From NCBI RefSeq assembly GCF_018350175.1, contig NC_058373.1:100070001-100134000 (forward strand): a stretch of DNA of 64,000 nucleotides, written 5' to 3'. This DNA is from Felis catus. Lineage: Eukaryota. Both the position numbers and the translations under genes were made by a program. The first letter of the stretch is position 1. Each line of letters starts with the position of its first letter. Below the pieces are notes generated by a model, which was not told the origin of the DNA, ran no database searches, and saw nothing but the letters and a program-made list of their open reading frames with translations. Below, in pieces: positions 13,299-28,000 of the stretch.

Positions 13299-14791
13299 AA
13301 AAATCAAATGATGAGTTTTGTGTTATATATATTTGTAAAAATAATTAAAATTATATGTAGACAGCTGAGAAGAAAAGGAAATGTAGTGAAATGAACACTT
13401 ATCTTCTAAAGATAAGAGTAAAGAATAGAAGCAGAGAGACCAATTAAAAAGCTGTTGTAATATGTACCTCAGTAGTGGAGACAGAGAAAATGGGTACATC
13501 TGAGAATGATTTAAGTGGTATGATTTGGATTCCTGTATCACATCTACCTTCTGCTTAACAAAAATACAATGGATATGAGTAGATGCATAGGCTGCTATCT
13601 TTAAGCATTTGCCTAACACTCATTTGCCCTTCATAACTTGGCTCTGGCTCAACTTCCTTTGAGAAGTCCTCCCTGACTCTATACAGTCTTTCCCCTTTCT
13701 CCTCACCTCTTACCTCTTCTTGGACTGAATTAGTCTTTCTCCCTTCCTAGATGTTGTGATAGCATCTTTTGCATGGACATCACAATATGTTAAAATAAAT
13801 GGTTTATCTATTTCTTCAATACACTGAGCTCCTTGAGAGCAGAAACAGTTACTATACTTATGAACCACAGCACCTTTCAAAATGTGTGCTCAATAAATGC
13901 TTGAATGAATGTAATAAGTTATTGAGTACATATACTGTTTTTGTTTATAATGCTTTATGCTTGCCTCTTTCCTTCCATGCCCCCAAAGTTCATACCCTAT
14001 TTCAATAGTCTTATAACTAGTCTTTCTACTTCAAGTACATAATTTCTCTAAAGTAGTCTGTGCATTGATGCATATTAATGAAATTTCATATTTTGCAGCA
14101 TCTACATAAAAAAACTTCAGTATCTTCCCGTTATCTAAATAAAGTTCAAATTCATCAGTGAGAAATTAAGACCTTCTGCACTATGCTCTCAGAATTTACC
14201 ATGTTCATTTCAAATTATACTTACCTACCTACTTAATTTTATTCAACAAGTTTTTGAGAACCTGCCCTTTGCAAGGCTTTGTGAAAGAAGGAAGTTTACT
14301 AAGTATGATATATGCTCATTCTCCTTGTGTTCATTTTTTGGTCCCTTGTTTCCTTTTGCTACTTCATTTCATCTTAGGGGAAAAAAATCTTTGGAAAATA
14401 TTCAGTCATATTCATATTTAAGTAAGTAGTTCCATTTTAAGACAAAATGTGAGTAATATAATGAAGTTTAGAAAAGGTGGCAAACTATCCAGCACAATGT
14501 CTGGCTCACAATAAAAGTTCAATAAATGTTTAAACTGAGTTCATTCTGTTTAAAATTTTAAAGATAGAAATTTAAATTTGGGACAAAGAAAATTATTACT
14601 GTTTTAAGCCTTTGGAAACCTGCTTGTTTTTGCTTCATGGTAGTTCAAATGTTAACATTTGAGTTTATTTAACTATTATTTTTTGTAACATATTATTATT
14701 TGTAGTTTATCACTTTGAAACACAAAGTCAAAACAAATTTAAGAATACTGTATTACACATTTTCAGAAACCTTTCTATACTCTTTTTATAG

Positions 14792-14835
14792 GTTATATGT
14801 AAAGTCAGATGTGCCACTGAACTTGACAAACACAA
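14792..14835 (+). CDS. GPR137C: GPR137C coding exon (probable exon 2), VICKVRCATELDKHK
   Basis: tttttatag acceptor, gtaagt donor, 44 nt; translation matches recalled GPR137C; phase joins the next exon. Confidence 0.92.
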
Positions 14836-15707
14836 GTAAGTTTCGTGAGTAGCAAGATCTAATTTTTTTCACAATAGACTTCTCAAAGTAGAAGGTCATG
14901 GTAGTTGAGGGTGCGGTAGCAGTTTTATAGGAAGTCCAGTGGTTAGATTAGCACATCAGAAGTGAATGGCGGATTCTACAGTTCTCCCCTCAGCCATATT
15001 GCTGCCTAGCACCTGTTTTTGCTGTTCTGCTACTGTCATGCTTTAGATGTCAGATATAGTTTCATAGGGCCTACACATATTAAAGTTAGATTATACTTTT
15101 TGGGGCAAGCGTGTGTAGTATAGTTCCATGAAATAAGGAATGTTTTGGTATTGATTAATGTCAAAAATGAGAGTACTAAACTGGGGAGTTAGGAGACGTG
15201 GGTTTCAGACCAATTCTCCCGCTAATTCATTGGCTATTCAACTCATTTAACCTCTATATTTTGGCTTCCTAAACTATTACAATCCTCTGGACATAGGGAC
15301 AATTTCAAGGTCCATTTTGGGTTTCAAGTTAATATTATTATTTTTATTATTTAATCTGAGATAATATTAAGATCTAAACTTCTCAAACTAAAATTTTTGT
15401 ACTTTGTACACTTAACAAAGGATTGCTTGTGACAGATTACACATTACCTTCAATTAACCTCTTTTAAACTATTTCCAAAGGCAGACAACATTTTATGATT
15501 CCCAGTGTTGGAAATGATCCAAAATAAAAGATATTAGGATGCTGAATAAATTTCTGGCTCATCTTAATTTGGGTTATAAATGTATTTGAACTGGGATTAT
15601 TTTCATATAGAGAGCTGTCATAGCTACTTAATACAGGTAGCCATACCTTACATGAAGAGTTTTTATGTGGTGGTCTAATTTTTCTTTACGAGATATAGGT
15701 GAGCATT

Positions 15708-15923
15708 TCTTTTTCTTTTTTTAATGTTTATTTTTGAGAGAGAGAGAGAGAGAGAGAGAGCACAAGCAGGGGAAGGGCAGAGAGAGAGGGAGACAGAATC
15801 TGAAGCAGGCTCCAGGCTCTGAGCCATCAGCATAGAGCCCGACGCGGTGCTCAAACTCATGAATAGCAAGATTATGACCTGAGCTGAAGTCAGATGCCTA
15901 ACCCACTGAGCCCAGGCACCCCA
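15708..15923 (-). mobile_element. Can-SINE
   Basis: Typical body, (GA)n, T-tail; TSD near tgagcatttc. Confidence 0.92.
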
Positions 15924-16577
15924 AGGATACAGTTGAGCATTTCATTCTCAGAGTTCCTCTGTATGCATAGTAAATATGCAACTTTATAAGAAGCCAAGGT
16001 ATTGAAATGCCACATATACTGTCCCTATGTTCTTCTTTAGCCATGTTTGAAAATGATGTTTGCTATGGATAATCAGAAGCTCATAAGAATTGAACATTAT
16101 TTAAAGCACATTTCCCTCAACCTCTTAAAATTAATATTAGTGATCAATTTACATTTAGATAGAGTGTATTAACTTCCCAGGCAAATTATAAAAACCTGGT
16201 AATTCCTAGAATGAAAAGGTCAATGAAAATATGGTTAGTAGTTATAAAAATGAAAAAGGCAGGATTCCTTGAATTAGTGTTAAAATAATCTTATATTATT
16301 CTTCCTGGTAGAGGCAACTGAATTCAAGTCCACGTGACATTATTTTAAAGTTAATGTTTTAAAATCTAATGCCATTTTTAAAAGGTTTAGATACTAATTT
16401 TATAATAGCAAAGATATCTCAAGTAACTCTGAGTGATTATTTAATTTGTATTTAATTAAATCATAAAGATTTTATACTGAAGGAGTTATTGTACCTAAAA
16501 TAACACAACTAATTCAGAATTAAATCTAATCTCTCATTAGTATATAGATATCTAATAAATTTATTTTTTCCTTTCAG

Positions 16578-16806
16578 AATTCTGTTGCATTTGGGCTTCA
16601 TATTGGCAAGCCTTCTTTTTTTAGTGGTGAACTTGACTTGTGCAGTGCTAGTCCATGGAGATGTCCCAGAAAATCAATTGAAGTGGACGGTGTTTGTTCG
16701 AGCATTAATTAATGATAGCCTGTTTATTCTTTGTGCCATCTCTTTAGTTAGTTACATATGCAAAATTACAAAAATGTCATCAGCAAATGTCTACCTCGAA
16801 TCAAAG
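16578..16806 (+). CDS. GPR137C: GPR137C coding exon (probable exon 3), [19 protein letters not shown]...ANVYLESK
   Basis: ctttcag acceptor, AAG/gtaagt donor, 229 nt; two hydrophobic TM segments; GPR137-family motif NVYLESK. Confidence 0.97.
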
Positions 16807-18900
16807 GTAAGTATGTTTCTTAAATTTATGCTTGAAAATATAACTTCAAATCCTCATCCTATGAAGCATGTTTTAATGGAAAGCCTATGTTTTTTTTAAA
16901 GAGTATTCTTAATGTAAGGTACATTTTTGAGCTTGAAAGAATGGTCACATGATATTAAAGTGCATTCATAACTTGGCCCTTAGTAAATAACAATTTTTTA
17001 AAAAGTTTACATTGAGCATACTATATTTTCTGTGACTTATACCTTCTACATTGTAGGATAAACGAAATAGACCAGAATTTACATGAATGTATGACAAATG
17101 GTCTAATATATAAAGCCACATTAACAATTTAAGATTTCATCAGTAAGGGTGGCAGTATTGCCATTAAACAGTTTACCAGATTATGTCTGCATACATTTGA
17201 GTTAGCAATGTTAAGATGCTATACTTCTAAACTGGTGTTTATTTGCGTATAAAGATTTAGAAAATGTTACTTCACCCCATAATGTGAAGACCCTATGATT
17301 TTGAAACAGCTAATCATGTAATTAAATTTATAAATGCTTTGCTTCTGCCTTTCCTTATACTTTTTGTTTGGATCAGCAAACAGAGGCCAAATGCTAACCT
17401 ATCAACAAAGAACTATAGAAGTTTCTACCACTAATCGACAGCGTGGTTGAGCAGTGAATCAGTCATCACAGTGTATATTTGATACTGGATGTGAGGGTAT
17501 AGATGTGTGGTTTTAGGGGTATGGTTTACACATACACTCAAGCCTGTTTTAATTAGGCATCATTACCTGTTCATTGAAGATAAGCAAGATAGTGTCTTTA
17601 ACAGAAGAGTTCTCTAAAATATACTTAGATTTCTATATTGTTGTTATCCATTATATAATCCTAGTAAGTTAAGGTGCTTTAATTCTATGTATCAACTTGT
17701 CCTTTAAATTTAGGTACAGACTTTAATTTTACTTTTTAAACATGTGTCAGAATGCAGGATAAAAATAAAAATATATGCAAAGAGAGAGAGAGACTTTCAA
17801 AAGTATTAATCTTACCTAGGAAACTATTGTATCAATTAAAGGTTTAATTGTATAAAAGGTTAGCTCAGAAATTTAAATGTTTTAGCTCATTCTAGCTTCA
17901 GTTTAAGTGTTAAAAATAATACTTTCACTGTTACAGTACATAATCTTTTGGTGTAGCAACAGCATCTTCACTTAATGTAATAACATCACCATAACATTCA
18001 GACCTGTGCTTGTCTAGTGATAAAGCATAAATAGATTTGGCTGAACTTACATGGCTTCTTTTCTGGATATTTAACAACTTTTAAAGTTTGGTTTTACTTG
18101 CTTTGAAATAAATGTTTCTGTGCCTATAAGTAAAGTTGCCAATCTAAGAAGAAAAGCTCATCTGATAACTTCTCCAGAATTATTTCAAACATCCCCTAAC
18201 TATGATATGAAAGGTATTCATTTTTTTATTATTATTTTAGAAGTTTTACATTTAACAGGCGCATGGATTCAGAATTCTCTAAGAACATTACAAAGGGAAA
18301 TGCTTAAATACATAACTTTAAAGGTAAACATAATAGATCTTTTGTATTACATTATACTGTTACATAGTTCTTGGTCTTCCTAAGTTAATTATAAACTTAT
18401 TTATTCAAAGAGTACAGCCTCTTGCTTTCACATTCTCCTTGTAAATCACTAGGCTCATTTTTATTTTTTGACTTCTGGACAGTAATAGCCGTTTCTTTTA
18501 TCTAGTCCACAAATATCAGCTAAGCATCTGCCTCTTCCCCTTTTAAACTGACCCTGTTTCCTACTGTCCCTAAGAACATTTCCTTAAAAGCTCAGACTTG
18601 GATCCTTTGTTTTTCGTTTTATTCTTCCTTCCTTCCTTCTTCTAAATATTCATTGATAATGATATCTTACATAATTTGTTTCAACAAAATCTTACCTACC
18701 TTATTTCTAAATGGCGCACAACATTCTTTCCTGTCTCTATATCTTTAGGCTGTTTCATTTTCCAGGAATGTCTCTCCCCCACCCACTGCTCTATTACTGT
18801 TTGTCCTCATCTTACCAAACTTTGAAGGCATAACTCTAATGTTTCTCCATTTTATGAACTTGATTTGATTCTTTCCCCTTCATCTCCAAAACAAAATTTA

Positions 18901-19113
18901 ATTTTTTTAATGTTTATTTATTTTTGAGAGACAGAGAGAGACAGAGCGTGAACTGGGGAGGGGCAGAGAGAGAGGGAGACACAGAATCTGAAGCAGGCTC
19001 CAGGCTCTGAGCTGTTGGCACAGAGCCTGACACGGGGCTCGAACCCATGAGCTGTGAGATCATGACCTGAGCTGAAGTCAGATGCTTAACCGACTGAGCC
19101 ACCCAGGCACCCC
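18901..19113 (-). mobile_element. Can-SINE
   Basis: Typical body; TSD ctccaaa..aaaattta. Confidence 0.92.
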
Positions 19114-20410
19114 TCCAAAGTAAAATTTAGAAATAACTACCTGGATTCTCTTTTTAAAAAAAAATTTTAAATTCTTTTAGCAGCTAGAACAATGCTGTGT
19201 ATTGGTTCTCTTTTTCAAAGTAGCAACTCTAACTGGGTTTTTAAATATTAGGTTATTGTCGATTTGAATAGTTTGTTTCTGCTCTTCCAATTTTTGACTT
19301 TCTTACATATTTAAGGTTTTTACTTTGTTCTTTGTGTTCTTATATAGATACGTGATTTATTATTTTGTAAACTAATAAGATATTTAGAGCAACATGTTTT
19401 CTCAAGTACTGCTTTGGCAGCTTTCCATAATCTTGTTATATTGTACAAACATTCTTATTTAACAAAAACAAAGAAAATTTTCTATTTGAGTTTAAGCCAT
19501 GTCTTCAACATTACATATTTATATATCAATGTGAATTAGATACTGTCTTTACATATAGGTCTTCCTTCAACTTACTTTGATGGAAAGTCTAAAATTCATA
19601 CATCTATCTTATTCAGGTCCCCTAACTTCCTTAAGAAGTTGCTTGACTGCTTGACTGTGTATGCATTTCAGCCTAAACAATATATAATTTCTGTACTCCA
19701 GTTTCTTGAAATAAAGTCTCAACTGTTAAATTTAAAAGCTTAATTGCCAAAAAAAAAAAAAAAAAAAAATGACCTGAAGGATTTCTTGTTTGTTCATCTC
19801 CATAGCTATTCTACATTTTATCTCCAACCCAGTCCAGATGTTTTGTACTCATACTTCATTGTATCATGGATAGAATTGTCTGCTCTGACCTATACTTTGA
19901 CCTATATCAAGAAACATGTAAGAAACATTTATCTTAAAAGTCACTATTGTATAATGTTGAGGATATTATCTATACAGCGTTCCCCAGAAAAGATACTTTT
20001 CTCCAGTTCAGTCCCAGGTAAAACAGTATTGATTAAGTCCTTCTTTTCTCTGGCCACTATGCCATTCAGAGGCAAATATGTGGTTTACCTCTATATCAAT
20101 CAGAGATGACCTTATGATATCCACTTTGGTTCTGGCTCTACCTCTAGTTTTATTTTACTTTCTTATTCCCCTACCACCACCAGACACACATTCTTATATA
20201 TTTTTTATTTTGTTTGTATCTCTGTAACTACTTCAAATTCTCTTTTGTAATGAGGGTGGTATAAATAAATAAATTAACATAAAAATGGCATTGGATATAC
20301 TGTTGGATATGTTTGTATCTCTTTTTTCAGATATATCAATTTTTAATTAATTTGGAAAGGCCTTACTGAGAGACAACATATCATAGTGATTAAGAGCTAG
20401 AAACCTGATT

Positions 20411-20598
20411 GGGCACCTGGGTGGCTCCGTTGGTGGTACATCTGACTTTTGATTGTACCTCAGGTAACGATCCCAGGGCTCTGGGATCCAGCCCCACGCG
20501 GAGCCTTATTTGGGTAGGTCTCCGCACTGAGTGGAGCCTGGTTAAGATTCTCTCCCTCTCCCTTTACCCCTCCCCTGCTCACACTCTTTCTCTCTCTT

Positions 20599-20634
<36 letters not shown>
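20411..20634 (+). mobile_element. Can-SINE inserted in a MIR
   Basis: gggcacctgggtggct head, (GA)n tail, TSD agagct(a/g)gaaacctga; MIR core (tctgtaaaatgaaaataatgatagt) continues to about 20900. Confidence 0.85.
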
Positions 20635-20640
<6 letters not shown>

Positions 20641-22107
20641 GGAAACCTGAGGTCAAAGAGATAAGGCAATAAATCCCATCTCTTCTGTTACTGGCCATAT
20701 GGCATTGGACAAGTAACAGTATCTCTAAGTTTCATTCAGCTTATCTGTAAAATGAAAATAATGATAGTGTTGATCTTATAGGTTGTTATGAAGGTAAGAG
20801 TAGTACCTTCTAAGGTGGTTATAAGGATTAAATGAAATTTCATATAAAGTACTTAATATAATGCCTAGCACTTGGGAAGTGCTTGTGAATGTTAGCTATT
20901 ATGATCCTAACATGTACTAAAGGATGGTAACGTAACTTCAAAAAGTTCTTGAATACCTGAAATAGTTGGCAAAATTTATCTGGAGAGGGGTGCTATACAT
21001 GTAATCAGATTCTCAAAAGGAACATTGATCCAAAAAAAAGAATAAGAATCACTGAAAAACTGAGTTTCTCTTTTAAATATTTTAATTTTACTCGACTCCA
21101 CTTTCTTTATGTACCATTTCGCATGGATTTCAATAAGGGTTGAAGTCTCTTAATAGGTGACATTTCATCTAATATTTAACTAACTTTTCTTTAAAATCTT
21201 TAGAACAAATATTACTGAAATTATGTAATGGCATTTTTAATCATAGGCATTTTTGTTCTGTGATCTACTGTAACTTTTATTACAATTTCAATTTTCTCTT
21301 ATTTGCATGCTCATGATAGACAATGCTTTTAACTTTTTATCTATTGCTAACATTTCAAGTGTGTCTCATTAACTTGGACAAAATATAGAATTATTTTGAT
21401 TATTTTTTACAAACCTTTTCTACGATAAACAAACAGTTTGTATTTATTGACATGATTGCATGTTACTATTGGTCTATTTCTCCCATTAAGTTTTTTTTAT
21501 TGCTGTTTGCCTTGACTTCATTTGTATGATTTCTGTGGTATATTTGAATTTATTTATTTTTTCTCAAAATTACATATAACTATTAACATTAAAATGCATA
21601 CTGATAAAATTATTTTTATTCTAATATTCCTTCCAACTTCAGAAAAAAATAATAATATTTATAACAATATAAGAACATAATGGACAAAATAACTTATCTA
21701 CACAAAAAGATTTAAGCTAATGTAGATGCTTAGTCCCTGTAATGACGGGTTGGGGTTATCTGTATAAGAGAACACTCAAAGGCAGGGTGGGAATAAAAGT
21801 TAAGCTATTAGGTTTATATCTCTGGTCAGGGACATGCACAATTTTATATCTGATAAAAGTGTAAAGGGAATAATTTTCTGATACTTAAGATCAGCTTGTC
21901 TCCTAGCCCAGTGGGCCATGTGCAAATAATTCATTCTCTCTCTCTCTCTCTGCCTCTCTCTCTCTCCTGAATTCCTAACAGTTTTAATTATTATGTAAAC
22001 CTTTCTGTCCAATGTTCACTTAACCTTTTATCCATATTAATTTAACGTATTAAAATGGAAAACAGCATCAGCATCTTACAGAGACACAGTAACATTCAAT
22101 TAGACTG

Positions 22108-22147
22108 ATTTTTTTTTTTGAGAGAAAGAGATAGCAGGTGGGGGAGG

Positions 22148-22195
<48 letters not shown>

Positions 22196-22312
22196 CCCAA
22201 ACAGGCTCCGCACTATCAACACAGAGCCCAGTGTGGGGCTGCAACTCATGAACAATGAGCTCATGACCTGAGCTGAAGTCAAGAGTCAGACACTCAACCA
22301 ACTGAGCCACCC
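22108..22312 (-). mobile_element. Can-SINE
   Basis: Typical body with long (GA)n; TSD agactgat. Confidence 0.9.
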
Positions 22313-22777
22313 AGACTGATATTTCTGATCTTTCATGCAGACTAGCTGATCCTACAAGACCAAAGCAGTGATTTATGGTAATTTAAGCCATAATTAAAGA
22401 AATAGACTAAAATACTATCAATGTCTTTTTCCATCACCCTAAAATATTATATAACCAGACTTTAGGAGGATGATGGGTAGAGAAATAGAGACTGCACCTT
22501 CCTCTGTAATAGGTATGATTGCCATCTTCCCAATACTTTACTATAATTTCTCTCTTGAATTATGAGGATTTACTCCATCCATCTTAAGCTGTGGCACTTG
22601 GCTGCCTTTGTTACTCCAGTTCTTATACCCCAAGTCTTATTTCCTCTTCTGTTGCTGAGCAGACCCACCACACACTTGTCACATTTTAAAAAATCCGTAG
22701 GAGTCAGAGATCTAATTTCACTGTCTTGGAAGCATGAACCTTTTTGAACCTGTTTAAATTTTATAATTATCAAAATA

Positions 22778-23196
22778 CAGTTGACCCTTGAACAACAGAG
22801 GGAGTAGAGGCACTGACCCATTACACAATTTAAAATCCACGTATAGCTTTGACTCCCCCAAAACTTCTTTTAATGTCTTTGGGTTTTTTTTTAATTGAAG
22901 TACAGTTGACACACTGACTCCTCCAAAGTTTGACTACTAATAGCCTACAGTTGACTGAAAGCCTTACCAATAATAGAAACAGTCAATTAACACACACTGT
23001 GTATACTGTGTGTATTATATACTGTATTCTTACAGTAAAGTAAGCTAGAGGAAAGAAAATGTTATTAAGTAAATCATAAGGAAGAGAAAACATATTTACA
23101 GTACTGTACAGTATTTGTCAAAAAAATCTGTGGATAGTAGACTCCAACCTGTTCAAACAGTTCAGCAGTTCAAACCTGTTGTTCAAGGGTCAACTG
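22778..23196. mobile_element. Tigger2-type (Tc1/mariner) non-autonomous DNA transposon
   Basis: Perfect 21-bp terminal inverted repeats cagttgacccttgaacaacag / ctgttgttcaagggtcaactg; TA on the left flank. Confidence 0.9.
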
Positions 23197-25098
23197 TTTA
23201 TTTTTTAATTTACTAATTGAGACTACTTTGTTTTCTTACTTTTGATCCTTAGTTTGGCATTTTATTCTCAACATGGAATTAGCATTTGTGAGATGTTTTC
23301 CAAAAATATATGTAGGATTCTGCTTCTGGTAATGGCTAAGTAGCTTCTATTGGACAAACCTTCCACAGATAGCAATGATAAATTCTGGACAAAATATAAA
23401 AAGCACTGAAGGCACTGGAGAGCAACCACTTAGAAGAAGGAAATAACACTGAGTGAGTTTCCTGTTTTTTACAGCTTCTAACCTGAGGGAAGTTCTCATC
23501 CACGGGGCAGCCAAAACTAGAAGAGAAAACCTCTGTTTAACTTGCTTGAAGAATCAGAAGACAAAATTCAAGTAACTACCACAGATGAAAAATGAGTGGG
23601 AAATTTCAGGAAGAAGACAGCCAGGTAGAGGAAGCCCCAAATTCTGATGATAAATTCTGCCAAATTTTTATCTGATACCTGAACTGCACGTGAGCAAGGC
23701 AGAATTCAAGCAGCACAATTAAGAAAAAAGGAATTGAACTGATATTTCAGTTGCTCTCTATACATGGAAGACAGTTTGGGATTTGAGTCTAACCACATTA
23801 GTTTTTGCTTGAAAAAAAAAAAGGAAAAGAGAAAAATCAATACTTTTTAGAAGAATATAACAGAATCCAGACTCTCTAAAACATGTCACTCACAAGGGGC
23901 AGAGCACAATCCAAGATTACTAGATATATGAAGAAACAGGAAAAACATAAGTCATACTTAAAAGGCAAAAAGTGAAACTCAAAAAGCAATCTTTGGAGGC
24001 AATCCACCCTTCCAGATGATGTAGGTGTTGGCTATATCAGACAAAGATTTTATATTATGTTTAAGTATGTAAAGGAAAATACACTTGGATAAATAAATAG
24101 GAAAACTCAAGAGAACTAAAAACTATAAAAAGAATTTCTAGAATTAAAAAATACAATATTTAAATTAAAAAGTCACCAGTTGGGCTTAACAGCAGATTGA
24201 AGATGAAAGAAGAAAAAAAAAATCAATAAATCAGCAGAAAGTATCCAATTTGAAGCACAGAGGAGAGTAGGGGAAAGATGATAATAAAATGAACAGAATC
24301 TCGGGACCTAAGTATGCATAAGTGGAAAAGGAAAAGAGGGAGAAAATTATTTTGGAAAAAATATTTGAAGAAATAATGACTGAAATTTTCCAATTTTTGA
24401 TGAAAGACATAAATTTACAGCTCAGCAACCCCAATCAGGATAAATATAAAGAAAGTGTCATATAGGTTCATTATAGTCGAAGTACTTAAAACGAAAAATA
24501 AAAAGGAAATCTTGAGAGCAGAGAAAAATAACGCATACATAAGGGAACATCGATTCAAATGATCACTCATTCTCATCAGAAATAAGGGAGTCCAGAAGAC
24601 ATGGAAATGACATCTTCAACATGCTGAAGGAAACATGTTATCAACTCTGAAATCTCTATCCAATTAAAATATTCTTAAAGAATGATGAAGAAATGAAAAA
24701 TCTTCCAATAGAACTAAGAGGGTTAGTTACCAACAGACCTGCACTACAAGAAATGTTAAGAAAATTCTACAGCCTAAAGGGAAATAAAGTAAACTTGAAT
24801 TTCATCTCTTCAGGAAGGAATGAAGAACACAAGAAATAGTAAATATTTGGGTAAATATAATTTCTTAATTTCTAAAAAAGAAACATGACTGTGCAAAGCA
24901 AAACTTACAATGTGAGGCTTACATATGTAGATAAATAATTCTCTCTATAGTATATATAACAGTGATAGCAACTATAGTATAAAGGACAGGGGATAAATGT
25001 ACCCATAATGTTGCAAAGTTCTTACATTTTATGTCAAAGTGGTATGATGTTAACTATTAGACCATGGAAGTTAAGGATATATATCATAATCTTTAGAG

Positions 25099-28000
25099 TA
25101 GTGGTTCTCAAACTTTTTGGTCTCAAGACCCGATTAGACCTCTGAGAATTATTGAGGACTCCAATATCTAGTGTTATATCCATCTATATGTACATTATTA
25201 GAAATAAAAATTGAGAAATTCTAAAAATATTCATTTCTTAATTCATTTAAAATAACAATAATATATTATCCATTATGTTAACATGAATAACATGTTTTAT
25301 GAAAACTAATTGTATTTTCCAAAACAAAAATAAATTAGGAGATCGACATTGTTTTACATTTTGCAGATCTCTTTAATTTCTGACTTAATGGAAGACAGCT
25401 GGATTTTCATGTTTGCTTCTGCATTCAATCTGTTGTGATATGTCATTTAGGTTGAAGTATATGAAGAAAATCCATCCTCACACATATATGTAGTTGGAAA
25501 ATGGAGGAGAATTTTAAAACCTTTTCAGATAATTGTGGATATTCTTCTTTAATACTACACCAAAAATCTGAAGTGGAGGTTTCTTGAAGGTTAGTTGCCA
25601 TGCAGAATCTAAAACCATATTAGTGAACTTTCTGTACTACTATTGGTCTATCTTACACTTTGAATGATTGTGTAACATCATGCATTGATCATTGGAAGAG
25701 AGTGGTCAAGATCTTCAAAATGATGATACATTTCATTGGACAGTATTCAAAATCACATTTATTAATATTGCCTCCAATGTCATCAGAAAAGTGTTTAAGT
25801 TTTTAGAAGCTGCCATGCCAGTCTTATCATGGACATAAGAGTTTACAAGTTCTCAAAAATTCTAATTTTCATTAGAAAATTTATATTTCACCATTGACAA
25901 TAGTGTCAGATATTTTCTTTGAAGTGACAGGATAATTTCACTTATTTTAAAAATATATATTCCTGGTAACCAAGTATGAATAAGCATTGTTTGTCTTCCA
26001 TAGTTGTCTGTTGAGTAAAAAATGGTGTTGCATAAAAAAGTCTAGTTTAGCTCACAAGTCAAACAACCACATAAGTGCTTTTCCTCAAGACTACCACTAT
26101 GCTTCAGTATGCAGCAGAATTGCTTTAAGTGCATGTCTCATGTCATCACGCAGAATTTTTTTTAAGTTTATTTATTTATTTTTGAGAGAGTGAGAGCAAG
26201 CATGAGTTGGGGAGGGGCGGTGAGGGAGGAACGGAGAGAGAATTCCAAGCAGGCTCCACACCATCAAGGCAGAGCCTTGAGAGAGTGAGAGCAAGCATGA
26301 GTTGGGGAGGGGTGGTGAGGGAGGAAGGGAGAGAAAATTCCAAGCAGGCTGCACACCATCAAGGCAGAGCCCAACGTGGGGCTTGATCTCACAAACCATG
26401 AGATCATGACCTGAGCTGAGATCAAGAGTCAGATGCCTAACCAACTAAGCCATAGGCACCCCTCATCACACAGAATTTTAAATAGACACATACTTTAGGT
26501 TGATAATTAATAAATATTTTCATTGCTTCATCAAGGATATTCTTAAGTGACACTGACTTTCTTTTTTAATCAGGAATTCATAGTAGTAAAGAATACAGTA
26601 CAGTTTGGGGCCACTGCCTTGCTTTGTACTAAGGCCCAGAAGTTTTCCCTACCATTGCTTTTGTATCATTAGTGAACATATCAACACAGTTGACCCAGGA
26701 TAAACAATCAGAAGAGCTTTCAACACTTTGGATATTTCAGTGCCACTTATGTTTCTTCTCAGACATTGACATAAAAGAATACCTTTCTGGATGATTAGTT
26801 GATGCTCACACTGGATTATTACAAACAAAATTAGTCCTGCTTCATCAAATTCAATCATTTACAAGACAAAAATAGAAATCTATAGATAAGATATTAAATC
26901 TTTGTTTTCAGTTAAACCTTCAAATCAGTTAATTTCTGTACTATTGGAAAATGGCAATGCCATAATTTATTCAATGGACTTCCCATCTGGCAGGCATTCA
27001 GTACTGTCCGCTGTGTAAGGCTTTACTGGTTTCTCAGCTACTGTGTGTGCTTTCTCAGCCAGTGCAATATAGTAATATAGCCTGTAAATATTTGAATGGT
27101 GTTTTCATTTCTAATTTGGAAAGCTATAAAAACAATTTTTAGTGTTTAAAGTGCTCACCACATCTGCATTTAAATTTCAATTCCTCTTGCTTTTAATCTC
27201 TGGTCTCAAAATGACTCTGCAGCCTAACTTGGGCCTTAATATTATTCAGAAATGTTCTGTCATAGAAGACACAACAAGGTAAATTATTAACGTTTGTAAA
27301 GCCTATTGAAAGATACTTTTCATTACATTTTATTTGATAAAACAAAACAAGAAATCAGTTTCATACAGTTCCTTTGAGGTAGTTTCCTTACTTTCTTGAG
27401 TCAGAGAGTTCTAATCACTTTCCTCTTTCTCAGCATCTTAGAGATAAACAGGGAAGTTGTATGTTAAAGATATTTTTTATTGTGGTAAAATATATATAGC
27501 ATAAATTTTACCATTTAATAATTTTTAATTGTATAGTTCAGTGGCATTAAGTACATTCATATTGTTGTACAACCATTGCTATCTATCTTAAGAACATTTC
27601 ATTATCCCATAGTGAAACTCTGTATCCATTAAAAAAAATAATTTCCTATTCCTGAGACAATAATCCATTCTTAAATATTAAAAAAAATATGTTTTCATTT
27701 TAGAGTAAAATATGATTAATTTTTAATATGAGTTTAATATCAAATTTTAAATTTTTTAAAGTTTTTGAAGAAAGTTCTTAAATATTGTAAAACAAATCTG
27801 TCAGGTATACCAATTCTTATTGTATTTCCATGGAGGTACAAGGATTTCAAAATAACTACTTACTGGATAATAATGGAGTTTCAGCAGATATAACCAAAGA
27901 AACCTAGTAAGAAGCCAGTAAAAGTAAGAAAACAATCTGAGTTCATCTCTGAAAATGCACATATTTATACCCTAATTCTATTATATCAGGAATTCTGTAA

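Larger units (their letters stand above)
11080..13345 (+). mobile_element. old L1M 3'-end fragments hosting younger SINE and L1 insertions
   Basis: ggagaaccctggtagataccaccttaaccaa and tttatagcagcattattcacaat...aaccttgaagacattatgctaa resemble L1MC/L1MB 3' ends. Confidence 0.65.
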
